Notes: a model not told the origin generated them from the sequence alone. A DNA stretch of 64,000 nt from Octopus vulgaris (GCA_951406725.2 OX597827.1:70556001-70620000); one strand, 5' to 3'; shown: positions 26,605 to 39,858, counted from the first letter of the stretch. Numbers and translations: made by a program.

Positions 26605-26619
26605 TCACCATCAAAGGTG
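26213..26619 (+). repeat. ~400-bp direct repeat copy 2 (Merlin right end)
   Basis: Aligns closely with 24546-24947. Confidence 0.9.
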
Positions 26620-27252
26620 CATTTTTTAAAAAAAAAAGATAGTCAAATTTCAATTAACAGTTCAACAGCACTTTTTTCATGGTAAAACAATAGTTTTTCT
26701 GTGGCAGCAGTTAAATTTGCCAAATACCTTCTTAGCTAAGCAAAATAATGTCTTCGCCACTTGACCCTATTAACCTCTTCTATTTTACCAATAGCTAGAA
26801 TAGATATCACAGACCTCCAACGAATTCTATTGTTGGAGAAGCGAGTTGATGAAAATGCAGTGACAGCGACCAAGAAGGTTATGAGACACAACATCCCTCG
26901 ACTCTATAACTTTTACTAACTCAATTTCTTTTCTCTTACGACATACTTCTATCTTTATCCGTGGGTTACTACTACGAGAACGTATACACACATGCAGTCC
27001 GAAATTAACTTTTCTTTTTACCTTGCATGCTTTTCCATTTACTAGTTATACATTCCAACCCGTCGTGGTTTTGGGTTTATACAATGCAACGGTAAATAAA
27101 TAACCTTGGCGAATTTTCCGAAGTCCTTTCACCAAACCCTTCGAAAAAAATTTCCCCACAAATTTCTTTATAATCGTAATGTATGCTGTTTGAAAGGTAT
27201 TTCTATACAATTTCATTGATAAAACCCCATATTCCTAAAATTTACGAGGGAA

Positions 27253-27526
27253 AGTGGCTGTGTGGTAAGTAGCTTGCTTACGAACCACATGGTTCCAGGT
27301 TCGGTCCCACTGCATGGCACTTTGGGCAAGTGTTTTCTACTATAACCTCGGGCCGACCAAAGCCTCGTGAGTGGATTTGGTAGACGGAAAGTGAAAGAAG
27401 CCCATCGTATATATATATATATATATATGAGTGTGTATATGTTTGTGTGTCTGTGTTTGTCCCCTCAACATCACTTGACAACCGATGGTGGTGTGTTTAC
27501 GCCCCCGTAACTTAGCAGTTCGGCAA
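27253..27526 (+). mobile_element. SINE family A (3'-truncated)
   Basis: Family A head and body. Confidence 0.85.
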
Positions 27527-27890
27527 CAAGGACAGACAAAGGGATTAAGTCGATTATATCGACTCCAGTGCGTAACTGGTACTTTATTTATCGACCCCGA
27601 AAGGATGACAGGCAAAGTCGACCTCGGCGGAATTTGAACTCAGGACGTAGCGGCAGACGAAATACCTATTTCTTTGCTACCCACAAGGGGCTAAACACAG
27701 AAGGGACAAACAAGGACAGACAAATGGATTAAGTCAATTATCTCGACCCCAGTGCGTAATTGGTACTTAATTTATCGACCCCTGAAAGGATGAAAAGCAA
27801 AGTTGACCTCAGCAGAATTTGAACTCAGAATATAACGGCAGACGAAATATCGCTAAGCATTTCGCCCGGTGTGCTAACGTTTCTGCAAGC
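27525..27890 (-). mobile_element. SINE family D, head plus two body units
   Basis: Two copies of gtcgacctcggcggaatttgaactcag and one head. Confidence 0.85.
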
Positions 27891-27944
27891 TTCTTACAAC
27901 GCAGCCATGCCTGCACTTATATGATGTAAACATATATTTCAACA

Positions 27945-28156
27945 TTGAAGTTAAGCATAGAGTTAAAACTAATGTAACCAAGGAATGCTACATACCTCCA
28001 CTAAAGAACACTTCATAATTTGGTATGTTAGTCATACAACCAATCAATAAACACAGAGTATTTGCTGCATCAGTAGAAGTGCCAATATTTGGGACACTTG
28101 AGGAAATCCATTAGCTTGACAGGAAAACGAGGAAAACACTAATAGTGACTGGCAGC
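27945..28156 (+). mobile_element. R4/Dong-like RT C-terminal fragment
   Basis: PIFGTLEEIH*LDRKTRKTLIVTGS (LDRKTRK motif). Confidence 0.6.
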
Positions 28157-28304
28157 ATTATTATTGACGGTAATGTGGAAGATTGCTTGGATTGGAAAGT
28201 ACCAAGGGCGGAATCCAGTGTCAGAAGCAGAGTGCTTCTGATCAGGGTTCATTGATTTATGTAACTGATACTCTGAATTACAACATTGGAAGGTTCTCGT
28301 CTTA

Positions 28305-29165
28305 TAGTGTCACTAGTGCAGTGTGTTACAGTGTCACTAACAAAGTATGTTAAAGTGCCACCAAGACATATGTCACAGTGTCATTAACACTATATGTTAG
28401 TGTGACTGAGGCAGTATGTTACAATGTCATTAACAAAGTATGTTATAGTGTCATTAACAAAGTATGTTACAGTGTCACTGACACAGTATGTTACAGTGCA
28501 ACCAAAACAGTATGTTACAGTGTCACTAAAACAGTATGTTACAATGTCATTAACAAAGTATGTTACAATGTCACTAACAAAGTATGTTACAATGTCACCA
28601 AGACAGTATGTTACAGTGTCACTAACAAAGTATGTTACAGTGTCACCAAGACAGTATGTTACAATGTCATTAACACTGTATGTTACAGTATCACTAAAAC
28701 AGTATGTTACAATGTCATTAACAAACTATGTTACAGTGTCACTGACACAGTATGTTACAGTGTCACCAAGACAGTATGTTACAATGTCATTAACACTGTA
28801 TGTTAGTGTCACTAAAACAGTCTGTTACAATGTCATTAACAAAGTATGTTAGTGTCACTGACACAGTATGTTACAGTGCTACCAAGACAGTATGTTACAG
28901 TCACTGACACATTTTTTTCAGTGTCACAGACAGTATGTCACAGTGACATTAATATAGTATGTTAGTGTTACTGGGGCAGTATGTTACAGTGTCACTAAGA
29001 CAATGTTAGTGTCACTAATATATTTCGTTACACTGTCACTGAAGCAGTATGTTATAGTGTCACTGAGATAATGTTACAATGTCACTAACATAGTATGTTA
29101 CAGCATCACTAAGATAGTATGTTATATTGTCACTGAGATGGTATGTTAGTGTCATTGTGACACTA
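28305..29165. repeat. 24-bp tandem minisatellite (consensus gtatgttacagtgtcactaacaca), about 35 units
   Basis: Direct inspection; produces the VCYSVTKT repeat ORF. Confidence 0.95.
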
Positions 29166-29478
29166 AAACATATCCTTTGTGTGACACTATAAGGTGAGAC
29201 CTCATTGATGTTGTAATAGTGACAATGACACTAATCAATGATTAGAAGCCAGCCTTGACCACTCATCATTATTTTGGTAGTACTTCTGAGGTTGACTCTA
29301 CCATTCATACTTTTGGGCTCAATAAAATAGGTACCAGTTTAGCATTAGGGCTGATGTAATCAACTTACCCCTCCCCAAAATTGCTGGCCTTGTGCCAAAA
29401 TCTGAAACAAATATTTTAACAGCGCCTAAGACTACACTGCCCAATCCTCTTCTGTATGTCTGTCTGTCTGTCTATTTG

Positions 29479-29511
<33 letters not shown>

Positions 29512-29638
29512 CTCTCTTGCTCTCTCTGTCTTTCTGCTTTTCTTGCTTTGGAAACAAACAAACACCAGTTGTCAAGTGATGGAGGACAAAGGCAGACACA
29601 AAAATCATTCACTCACACATACACACGGAAACACTTGT

Positions 29639-29676
<38 letters not shown>

Positions 29677-29699
29677 TTGTCTCCAATCACATCCTCATG

Positions 29700-29935
29700 T
29701 CCTTCCTTCTGGTCAATTCAACATGTGAAACCGTTGAGCCAGACACATTCTTTTTTTCTCTCTTCATTTTATTCCTCTCTCCATCTGTTTTCTCTCTTCA
29801 TTCCTTGTTCTAGAAGGGCATAGGTCTGAAACATCAAAGACATTCATTTTTTCTGAGAGTCAAACAAACACACCTTGCTTGTTGTTCTATCACCTGTCTT
29901 TGTCTTTAGATTTTTTGGGTGTTTTTTTTTTGCAA
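29700..29935 (+). mobile_element. Penelope-like terminal repeat remnant
   Basis: Homologous to 53665-53818; degenerate hammerhead tagaagggcataggtctgaaacatc. Confidence 0.45.
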
Positions 29936-30111
29936 CTCTGAAAAGCTATACATATAGTACCACTACACCATTCTATTTCTACCAGAAAGACCAACCTTAA
30001 ATATATGCACGTTTCCCATAAACTCTTTTCCAGAAAACTCTGCCAACTTGCAACAATCCCATGGTCATTCGTGACTGAAGGGGGTCACCCATATATATAT
30101 ACATATATATG

Positions 30112-30169
<58 letters not shown>

Positions 30170-30277
30170 CACACACATATATACACACATATGTAAACAA
30201 TGTAGGATGATGGAATGAGTGCTCAACACTATTGGTGGATAAATAGTTTCTTTATTTGTGAATCATATACATACAAA

Positions 30278-30556
30278 GTGGAGGCACATGGCCAAGTGGT
30301 TAGAGCAGCGGACTCACGGTCGAGGGATTGCAGGTTTGAATCTCAGACTGGGCGATGTGTGTGTTTATGAGCGAAACACCTAAGCGGCTCCAGCAGAACT
30401 TCTGCTGAACCTTTCGCCACAACTTTCTCTCACTCTTTCCTCCAGCATCTTGCAACTCACCTGCAATGGAACGGCGTTCCATCCAGATGGGGAACCTATA
30501 CACCAAGGAAACCGGGAGACTGGCCCTTATGAGCCAGGCATGGCTCGAGAAGGAAC
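30278..30556 (+). mobile_element. SINE C/H hybrid
   Basis: C-type head gtggaggcacatggccaagtggttagagc and H-type tail. Confidence 0.75.
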
Positions 30557-30984
30557 ACATATATACAAAACAGGCTCTTCACAGTTTTTGTCTGGCAAAT
30601 TCACTCACAAGGCATCGGTCGTCCCAGAGCTAAAGAAGGCATCTGCTCAAAGTGCAATGCAGTGGGATTGAACCGTCTCATTGCAAAGTGAGATTCTTAA
30701 CCACACAGCCATGCCTTGAGCTTCTTAACCGCACAGCCATGACTCCACCTGTGACTAAAAGCTCACCTAAGGATAAAAAAAAAATACACCAGTTCATGTT
30801 CTTCATATATCCATGATAATTAAGAAAGAAAAGTGTTGCCTAATATTCAAACTGCTTTATGTATTGTTCTAGAAAGTTCTCTGTATGTGTGTGTGTGTGT
30901 TTGGGACGGTGCCATACATGGCCTGGCAGGACTATTAAACCTGTGCCAACATGGAAGGAAGATTTAGACACTTAAACATGCTGG

Positions 30985-32232
30985 CAATTGTGGTAGTGGT
31001 TGTGGTGGTGGTGGTGATGATGATGATGGTGGTGGCAGTCTTGTTTGTTGTTGTCATCATCGTAGAAGCAGTGGTGGTGGTGGTCATCATCGTTCTTGTC
31101 AAGGGTGATGATGATAACGATGATGATGATGGTGGTGGTGACGAGGTAGTGATGACGACAATGATGATGATGATGATGGTGGTGATGAAGATGAAGCAAA
31201 TGAGGGGGCTGATGGATGGTTAAGTTGATATTGATGATGATGTTGATGATGAAGATAATGATGATAGTATTGGATGTAGTGGTGGTGGTCTCAAGAGTGG
31301 ATCGATGGTGGCAGAATTAATAGTAATGATGGTTAGTGATGATGAAGCAGATAAGGAGAATGATAGCTGGTTATCTCGGTAACGTCAATGACGATGATGA
31401 TGATGAGGATGATGAGGTGGGGAAGATAGAACAAAAATAAACTTTAATGTAATACTGGGACAAGCAATCATGATTATATCAGAAAGATTATGAGTTGTGT
31501 GTGGTGGTCACTATGATGATGATTGTGGTAGTTTTGGTGGTGGTGGTGGTGGTTAAGATGATGATGACGATGGGGTGGGGTTGGGGGTGGCATGATGTTA
31601 ATGGTGATGATGACAGTAACAACAATGACGACAGTTATGATGGTGCTGCTGCTGCTTTTCACGATGATGATGACGACGACGACGATGATGATGATGATGA
31701 CGACGATGATGATGATACAGGGGTGATGATCATGCCAGTGAAGAGTAGTGATGGTGGTAGTGGTGGTATATGTGGTAGTGGTAGTAGTAGTAGCAGTAGC
31801 AGCAGCAATAGTGGTTATGTCGATGTTAATAGAGTGATTTTAGCAGTGATGGTGGTAGTAGTAGCAGCAGTAGTACTAGTAGTAGTAGTAGTGGCAGTGG
31901 TATAGGTGGTAGTGTTGATTGTGGTGGTGTTGAGGATAATGGTAGTGGAGGTGGTGGTATAGGTGGTGGTGGTTGCTTATGAAGCTTGAGGTGATGATAG
32001 TATAGGTAAGTTAAAAGCATGGTTAATAAGATGGTTTGTTGCAGTGATGAAGATGATGAGGATGATGATCATGGTGATGCTGATGACGAAGATGATGATA
32101 GTGATGATGATGATGATGACAGTAGTGGTGGTTATGATGGTGGCATTGATCATTGCGACAGCAGCGATGGTGATGATGGCTAAAATAACGCTATTGTTGA
32201 CAATGATGATGATGATGATGGTGATGAGGATG
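30985..32232. repeat. Degenerate (GAT)n/(GGT)n/(AGT)n low-complexity tract
   Basis: Direct inspection. Confidence 0.9.
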
Positions 32233-32653
32233 ACAGTCTTTCCAACGTCTAACGATGTCAGACTCTCAGTCACGTCACATCAACAATAACCTCTTCAGCT
32301 CAGTCACAAGACAAGACATAGTTACATAGTTCCACCGATTTCTCAGACTTCTTCTCCCGAGACCTCTCTCTCTCTCCATCTCTCTCTCTCCATCTCTCTC
32401 TCTCCATCTCTCTCTCTCCATCTCTCTCTGTCTCTCTTCATCTCCTTTCCATTATAGTACTTCTACCATTATCACCACCACTATCATCATCATCATCGTC
32501 ATCATTTACTTGCATATGTGCATTTGTATTCCCCTCCCTCTCTTTCACTGTCTGTCTCTGTCTCTGCCTCTCTCTCTCTCTCTCTCTCTATTTTATACAT
32601 CTATATATAATGCAGAGTGACAGATGGTAGTGGTGGTAGTGATTGTGGTTTCC

Positions 32654-32693
<40 letters not shown>

Positions 32694-33376
32694 GAGAGAG
32701 AGGCGGGGAGATGGGCGATAAGGAGTGAGATACATATATATGTATGTATGTGTATGTATTTAATATAGACATATATATACTCATACATATATATATATAT
32801 AAATACACATAAATATGTATATATACATGTGTGAATTTATATATATATATATATATATATGTTTATACACATATGTGTATATATATATATATATATATCT
32901 TTATATGTACATATGTATATATATACATACATACACATAATACACACACACATATATATATATATACATACATACACATAATACACACATATATATGTGT
33001 ATGTATATATATATATATATATGCATGGAAATATGAATATGCGCATGGCCCGCATCTACACACATATATACACACACACAGAAACCTGTCTGAAAACTAC
33101 TCGCCATCTTTTCCGAGTGTTGTAGTTTAGATACCAATACAGACATTACTACGACTACTACTGCCAACACTTTACCTCTATTATTCATTTCTTGTATTAT
33201 ACTGTATATATATACTACATATATACATACATGCACACACCGATATATATATACGCACACATGCATGTCACTTACACAAACACACACATGCACATGGACA
33301 CATACATATACACATTCAGAAATGTATATATATATACTCATATACTTGCCTTTCAACAGTCACATCGACAACACTT

Positions 33377-33428
<52 letters not shown>

Positions 33429-33612
33429 TATTTATGTATAGAAATACCTTTACACATAAAAATATATCTACAGACCCAAACATATACACATACATAATTA
33501 TACATATATAATATATATATATATATATATGTATATATATGTGTATATATATGTGTGTGTGTGTATGTATATATATATTTATATATATATATACATATAC
33601 ATACACACATAT

Positions 33613-33830
33613 ATGGCCCAGTGGTTAGGGCAGTGGACTTGTGGTCGTAGGATTGCGGTTTCGATTCCCAGACCAGGTGTTGTAAGTGTTTATTGAGTGG
33701 AAACACCTAAAAGCTCCATGAGGCTCCAGCAGGGGGTGATAGCGAACCCTGCCGTCCTCTTTCACCACAACTCTCTCTCTCACACCCTTTCTTCATGTTT
33801 CTGATGTACCTGTATTTCAATGTAGTTCTC
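33613..33830 (+). mobile_element. SINE family C, 5' part
   Basis: tggcccagtggttagggcagtggacttgtggtcgtaggattgcggtttcgattcccagacc. Confidence 0.8.
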
Positions 33831-34590
33831 GGGGAGATGCTGTGTAACACAGAATCTAATAAGTATGTAATTTGAACTACAGGTACAGCACAATTTTTTC
33901 AGCTGAGTGGACTGGAGCAACATGAAATAAAGTGTCTTGCTCAAGGACACAAATGACTTCCAGGAATTGAACTCACGACCTTACGATCATGAGGTAAATG
34001 CCCAAACCATTAAGCCATGCACCTTAACCTCTATTACATCACCCAACCCTATACAACAGTCCATTACACAGTCCATTACATCTCAGTACATTACATCTCA
34101 GTACATAACACTCACTACACTACAATGTATTATTATGTTATACAATATTACACATTGTTCTCTCAAGCCTTAAGATTCATGTAGAGGCACATGGCTTAAT
34201 AATTTGGGTGTTGGACTCATGATCATAAAATTGTGGTTTCAATTCCTGGACTGGGTGATGTGCTGTGTTCTTGGGCATCATTTCATGTTGCTCTAATCTG
34301 GTTTAAAAAATGAAAATTTATATTATGGTTTATTATTGTTTATATTTTGAATTACATATATGTGAGGGGCACCAAAATCTTTTGAGTACTTAAGGCCTCT
34401 ATGGGCCTTAATCAGGCCCTGGGTCCAGTTGTATGTTCAACAGGATGTTCATAGGTTGAAATCAACAGAAGCAAAGTAAATTAAATTTTGGTGATAAAAT
34501 ATAGCATTCTGGTGAAAATTAAGAATGTGAGAATGTAGGAATTTAAGAATTAAGAAATTAGCAAAAACATAAAAAAAAACTTGAAGAATA

Positions 34591-34965
34591 GGCGCAGGAG
34601 TGGCTGTGTGGTAAGTAGCTTGCTTACCAACCACATGGTTCCGAGTTCAGTCCCACTGTGTGGCATCTTGGGCAAGTGTCTTCTACTATAGCCCCAGGCT
34701 GACCAAAGCTTTGCGAATGGATTTGGTTAACGGAAACTGAAAGAAACCCGTTGTATATATGTATATATATGTGTTTGTGTATTTGTGTGTGTCCCCCTAA
34801 CATTGCTGGTGTGTTTATGTCCACGTCATTTAGCAGTTCGGCAAAAAGAGACCAATAGAATAAGTACTAGGCTTACAAAGAATAAGTCCTGGGGTCGATT
34901 TGCTCGACTAAAGGCAGTGCTCCAGCATGGCCACAGTCAAATGACTGAAACAAGTAAAAGAGTAA
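34591..34965 (+). mobile_element. SINE family A, full length
   Basis: ggcgcaggagtggctgtgtggtaag ... gaaacaagtaaaagagtaa. Confidence 0.9.
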
Positions 34966-35057
34966 TTAAAACTTTATTAATAATAATAATTGAAGAAATT
35001 AAAAAGAGTTTGGGAGATTAGAGGTGTACATTGCAAAGGAAGGGAAGAAATGATAAT

Positions 35058-35180
35058 AACTAGAAGAAGCACTCGGAGAGCGCAGACCTCCGCCAAGCAG
35101 CTCATTTCCACCCATATACACGCATGCTGAAAATCGCCCAATTTCCCAAACCATTGCTGGCAAAAACATGACAGAGATAC
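35058..35180 (-). mobile_element. Helentron-associated (HINE/DINE-like) element end
   Basis: Short hairpin gcactc-gga-gagcgc next to subTIR cctccgccaag. Confidence 0.5.
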
Positions 35181-35507
35181 TATTTTATCCTCCTCCCATA
35201 CTTATCTTGACCATCATCATCATCAACACCGTCTCTGCTTTCACCACAATCACCATCAAAACTACGATCACCACAATCAGTTTCTTTACACAGTTGAAAA
35301 TCCATTATCCGATACTCGTGGGACCGAGATTGTTGCAGATTTTTGATTTTTCTAATTTTGGATTGCTTTATTAAAACCAGGTCTAAACACAATAGCTTAT
35401 AGACATACTCTGAATGTAGTTCTATATAAATCTTTAATAATATTTTTACACTTAAGACCATCAGATATGTTAAGATATCAGCCTCTACCCACATTGTCAT
35501 GCTTTGA

Positions 35508-35721
35508 TTAACCCTTTCGTTACCAACATGGCTGAAACCAGTCCTAGCTCTTGTTTTCATAAGTTTGGAATTAAAATTTTCCACCAAACCTTAGTCACAA
35601 GTTATGTCCCTAACACTAGCTGAATGATAACTAAGTTATATTACTAAATTCTTTGTTATATTTAAAATAACTGAAAGAAATACAGAACATCTCAAAATAA
35701 ATACAGTAATGAAAGGGTTAA
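35508..35721 (-). mobile_element. TTAA piggyBac-like MITE monomer
   Basis: ttaaccctttcgttacc ... gtaatgaaagggttaa. Confidence 0.88.
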
Positions 35722-35789
35722 TAGATTACAGCATAGATTAGATTAATTATTTAAGTTTCAGCCAAAGTTGACTCAGGCCATGTCTAATT

Positions 35790-36220
35790 TAATAACACTA
35801 CCTAGAAGAGATACACAGTCAGCTCTGGGGAACTGTAGTCTTTTCAAGCAGAGGGTTATTGTTTTCAGAGACATATCTGGGTGTGGTGGTTTATCTGGTA
35901 TTTGTTGTGGGCAATCATCTAGGGATCGTTTGAATGCCGTGAAGTCTCTTTCCTCCTTTATGTGTGTCTGGCATGATGTTGAAGAAGCAGGGCCAATTGA
36001 GGTGAAATAGTTCTGTCATAGTGTTGTGATATGACACAAACATTTCTGTAGTGGACGGATGGCATGGGGGCCAAGCCTTGGATGAATTTTAAAGATGAGC
36101 AATGTTGATGGAGCATTTTCCACACCATACAGATGATATAGAGCTCATAGTGGCAGTGGAAGGAGCAAAGCCTGAGCTTTTTGAGTCAATCCCAATAGTC
36201 AAGGCTTGTCATGTCATCCT
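35790..36220 (-). mobile_element. CR1/Crack-like LINE 3' fragment
   Basis: MTSLDYWD*LKKLRLCS...YIICMVWKML and FTSIGP..FN...FKRSLDD...IPDKP, the RT C-terminal pattern of the CR1 group. Confidence 0.75.
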
Positions 36221-36223
36221 CCA

Positions 36224-36597
36224 CAGACCTCCGCCAAGCAGCTCATTTTAAGATAGATACGTGAGTAAAATTACTAATAAAGAAACGAGAATAAACTTTG
36301 GAAACAGCAACGCCACCATAGGTTACGTGGAAATGATGAACGTGTTTTCAAGGGAGATTATCAAAGACGTAATATTGTAATACTTCATGTAAAGTAGATA
36401 TAACAAAGGAAAAATCCTTCAAGAATCCATAAAAATTCCCAGATCACTACCAAAATTTCATCATCTATTTCTTGTGTCATTACCAACTTTTTCTGCAAGT
36501 TTCATCAAATACCGTTCGCAACTTTTTGAGTTATTTTGCACACAGACAGATAAACCAACTCCAATGAAAATATAACTGCCTTCCTTGGCGGAGGTAA
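36224..36597 (-). mobile_element. Helentron-associated (HINE/DINE-like) non-autonomous element
   Basis: SubTIRs cctccgccaag (36228-36238) and cttggcggagg (36584-36594), (GACA)n core, tttcatcaaat..ttttgagttatt block. Confidence 0.6.
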
Positions 36598-36599
36598 TA

Positions 36600-37381
36600 A
36601 AAGTAAAATAAAAAGAAACAAAAATGTTATCTTAGTGGATGTAAAAGTTATTTTGTATTTATTAGAGTCGTTTTCTAACAAGTTATATGAGATTATTTTT
36701 CTAAAATGTTTGTATAAAGTGATTTGTTTAAAGATTTTTTTCATTGATGATTGATGTAAACAAATACAAGAATTTATCCCATTGATAATTAAAACTGTCT
36801 CAATAGGTAATGATCTTAATGTGGACACTTTGAGGTTAACTCAGTCTTCAGGCTTCTTATTTAATAGTATAACATCCTTTGTTAGGATATTAATGTCATT
36901 GCTAAGCAGAGCTGGCATTTGTTGGACATGCTGATGTAAAGAGTAATGATGATAGTAAAAGACTAGTCTTTTAAAAATGTTTTAATCTTTAAAACTCCAG
37001 ACATATTTAGACAATAACATGATGATTCTGAATATTGGTTTTAAAAAACCAGAAGACATTTTGAGCTGTTATATCAATGCTTTACCAAGGAACTTTCCAT
37101 TTATTCACCAAGGCAACAGGAAACAGTGATATTACAGTTACTAGTGATAAATTATCAGACTGGTTTAAATCTGTATAATTTATTTTGTTGATTTTTAGAT
37201 ATTAAAATGATACAATTTTCAGTGCAACTATAACTAACCTTAACTGTATCGTCATTAAAGAGCTTGTGATATCATTTGTAAGATAAGAGAGTGCTTAGCT
37301 ACCAAGTCTAGGAAATTAGTTTAATAAATATTAGGAATTACATTGAAACTAATTGGGGATTGAACAAGATAATTTTCCATC
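36600..37381 (-). mobile_element. Decayed Penelope-like element ORF (RT thumb/linker and GIY-YIG C-terminus) plus 3' repeat
   Basis: KIILFNP..FLDLVAKH..HKLFNDDTVKVSYSCTEN (37381-37215), LSKYVWSFK, SNKCQLCL, LLNK with frameshifts. Confidence 0.75.
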
Positions 37382-37972
37382 TTATATGTGTATGTTGTAG
37401 GGGTGCAAATATAAGAAAGGTATAAATGTGTATGTATATATATGTGTATGATGGCTGCCTACTCGTGACCAAGACAAACATATATATTCACATACACATA
37501 TAAACATGTAAATGTGTGAGGTGTGTGTAGGTGTGTTGTATGTGTACATGTGCATGTGGGCATGCATTTGTGTGTGCCTGTATATCTTTACTTCTGCGTA
37601 TGCATGTAAATGTGTGTGTGTGTTACCATCATCATTATCATAAGTATCATAATTTTTGCCTGTTAATGGGATAAAAAGTTTGCTAATCAGTCAGGTAACC
37701 TTTTATTATTTAACCTTACATCCACTTTGAATAGCAAAGTAGATCCCGCCCATGACCATTCCATCATGTTAGGAGTGTGAGAGACCCTATTGCTGAGTGG
37801 AGGGTCTTTCATTGTCTCAGACAGTAAGGTTCAATTTTTGGGGGTTTGGTTTTGACAATGCTGAATGATCAAATAGCTGTTCCTTCATGGCTCTGGGTAG
37901 CCTTTTGTTTTGGTGATGGTGGCCGTGGAAGTGACGGTGATGGGTGGTAGTTTGGGGTGGAAAAGGAGACTT

Positions 37973-37974
<2 letters not shown>

Positions 37975-38005
<31 letters not shown>

Positions 38006-38449
38006 TATGTATGTATATGCATACACACAAATGTATACACAGAAAAAATACATACACATATATTTATATACACATATATGTGGGAGAGTATATATATATA
38101 TATATATATATATATCAATATGTATATGGGGTGAGGTGTATGTACACACACATTCATTGATATATATATATGCATGTATCTGTATATAAATAATATAAAC
38201 ATATCTGTAAATAAATATACCCACACATGCACACACACATATGCATGTATGTATTTATGTTTGCATGTATTTATGTATATATGTGTGTATATATATATAT
38301 ATGTATATATGCATATATATGTGTATATATATATATGTGCGTATATATATATATGTGTGTATATATATATATGTGTGTATATATATGTGTGTATATATAT
38401 ATATATTTATGTGTGTGTATATATATATATATATATGTGTGTCTGTGTT

Positions 38450-38518
<69 letters not shown>

Positions 38519-38800
38519 ATATATGTATATATATGTATATATGTATATATATATATGTGTGTATATATATATGTGTGTATATATATATATATGTGTGTGT
38601 ATGTATGTATATATATATATATATATGTTTGTATTAAATGGTGGGAATGAGCACTCAACACTACACACACACACATGTATGTGTACACATATATGTAGAT
38701 AAAGATATATAGCTAAAAATAAAGACATATGCACATATACATACATATACACATGTATACATACATGCACACAGATATATATATACACAGGCACATACAT
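37975..38800. repeat. (TA)n/(TG)n compound microsatellite
   Basis: Direct inspection. Confidence 0.9.
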
Positions 38801-39132
38801 TAAATAATTCGATTTGCCACACAGCTTATACACACCGCACACACAAAACTGCACATCATAACAGCCGAACAGAGATGGTGGCAGCAGATATTAAATAAAG
38901 AGAATAAAAAAAAGGCAAACAAGCTTCACCTAAACACAATTTGCATCGTCAGCATTCTTTCTGCGAGACATGTTCTTATTACAATGGAAGCCAGCGGCTA
39001 TTTGTCTCTTCCTTTCTCTCTATCCTTCTCTCTGTGTAATCCTTCCTCGTTTCCTTCCTCTCTTTACACCTGTTTAACTTCTTAACCGCTGATTTATGCT
39101 TCTATCAAAAAAATACCCCATATAAATATATG

Positions 39133-39488
39133 CTCTTTCACTCTTTGACTTGTTTCAGTCATTTGACTGCGGCCATGCTGGAGCACCGCCTTTTAGTCGA
39201 GCAAATCGACCTCCAGGACTTGTTCTTTGTAAGCCTAGTATTTATTCTATCGGTTTTCTTTTGCTGAACCGCTAAGTTACAGGTACGTAAAACCACTAGC
39301 ATTGGTTGTCAAGTGATGTTGGGGGACAAACATATACACATACATATATACATATATAGGATAGGCTTCTTTCAGTTTCTGTTTGCCAAATCCACTCACA
39401 CGGCTTTGGTCGGCCCGAGGCTATAGTAGAAGACACTTGCTGAAGGTGCCATGCAGTGGGATTGAACCCGGAACACAGCCACTCCTAC
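39133..39488 (-). mobile_element. SINE family A
   Basis: Reverse complement of family A. Confidence 0.88.
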
Positions 39489-39580
39489 ACACACACACAC
39501 ACACATGCACACATACACACATATGTATATGTATGTATATGTATAAAACAAGAAGAAGCACACTATAAGATATAGAGCAG

Positions 39581-39692
39581 TATATATTAAAAATAGGGAA
39601 GGCCAGTTTATAAAGGGTTTAGCTTTATGGTATATTGTCAAATCCCAAAACCTGTTTGGTCATAAACTGGCCTTTCCTATTTTTAATATATA
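39581..39692. repeat. Inverted repeat, about 31-bp arms, in TA tract
   Basis: tatatattaaaaatagggaaggccagtttat ... ataaactggcctttcctatttttaatatata. Confidence 0.85.
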
Positions 39693-39858
39693 TACATATA
39701 TATATATTTTAAATCTCTGAGCGAGGTAAACAGTAGCCGCACAACATTGTGAAGTATATTTGCCACCTAAATGTAGCTAACCCTTAAGGGTTGATTCCAC
39801 TGTAGCTTGTAGCCCCAGGAAAACATCTCCAGCTGGCTATTGACACACTATCTATCTA

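Noticed and set aside
28305-29165. Possible CRISPR-like array
   Set aside because: Units are contiguous with no unique spacers, the context is eukaryotic and there are no cas genes.
33095-33115. YY1-like motif cgccatcttt as promoter evidence
   Set aside because: A single short motif without CpG enrichment or a nearby exon; expected by chance.
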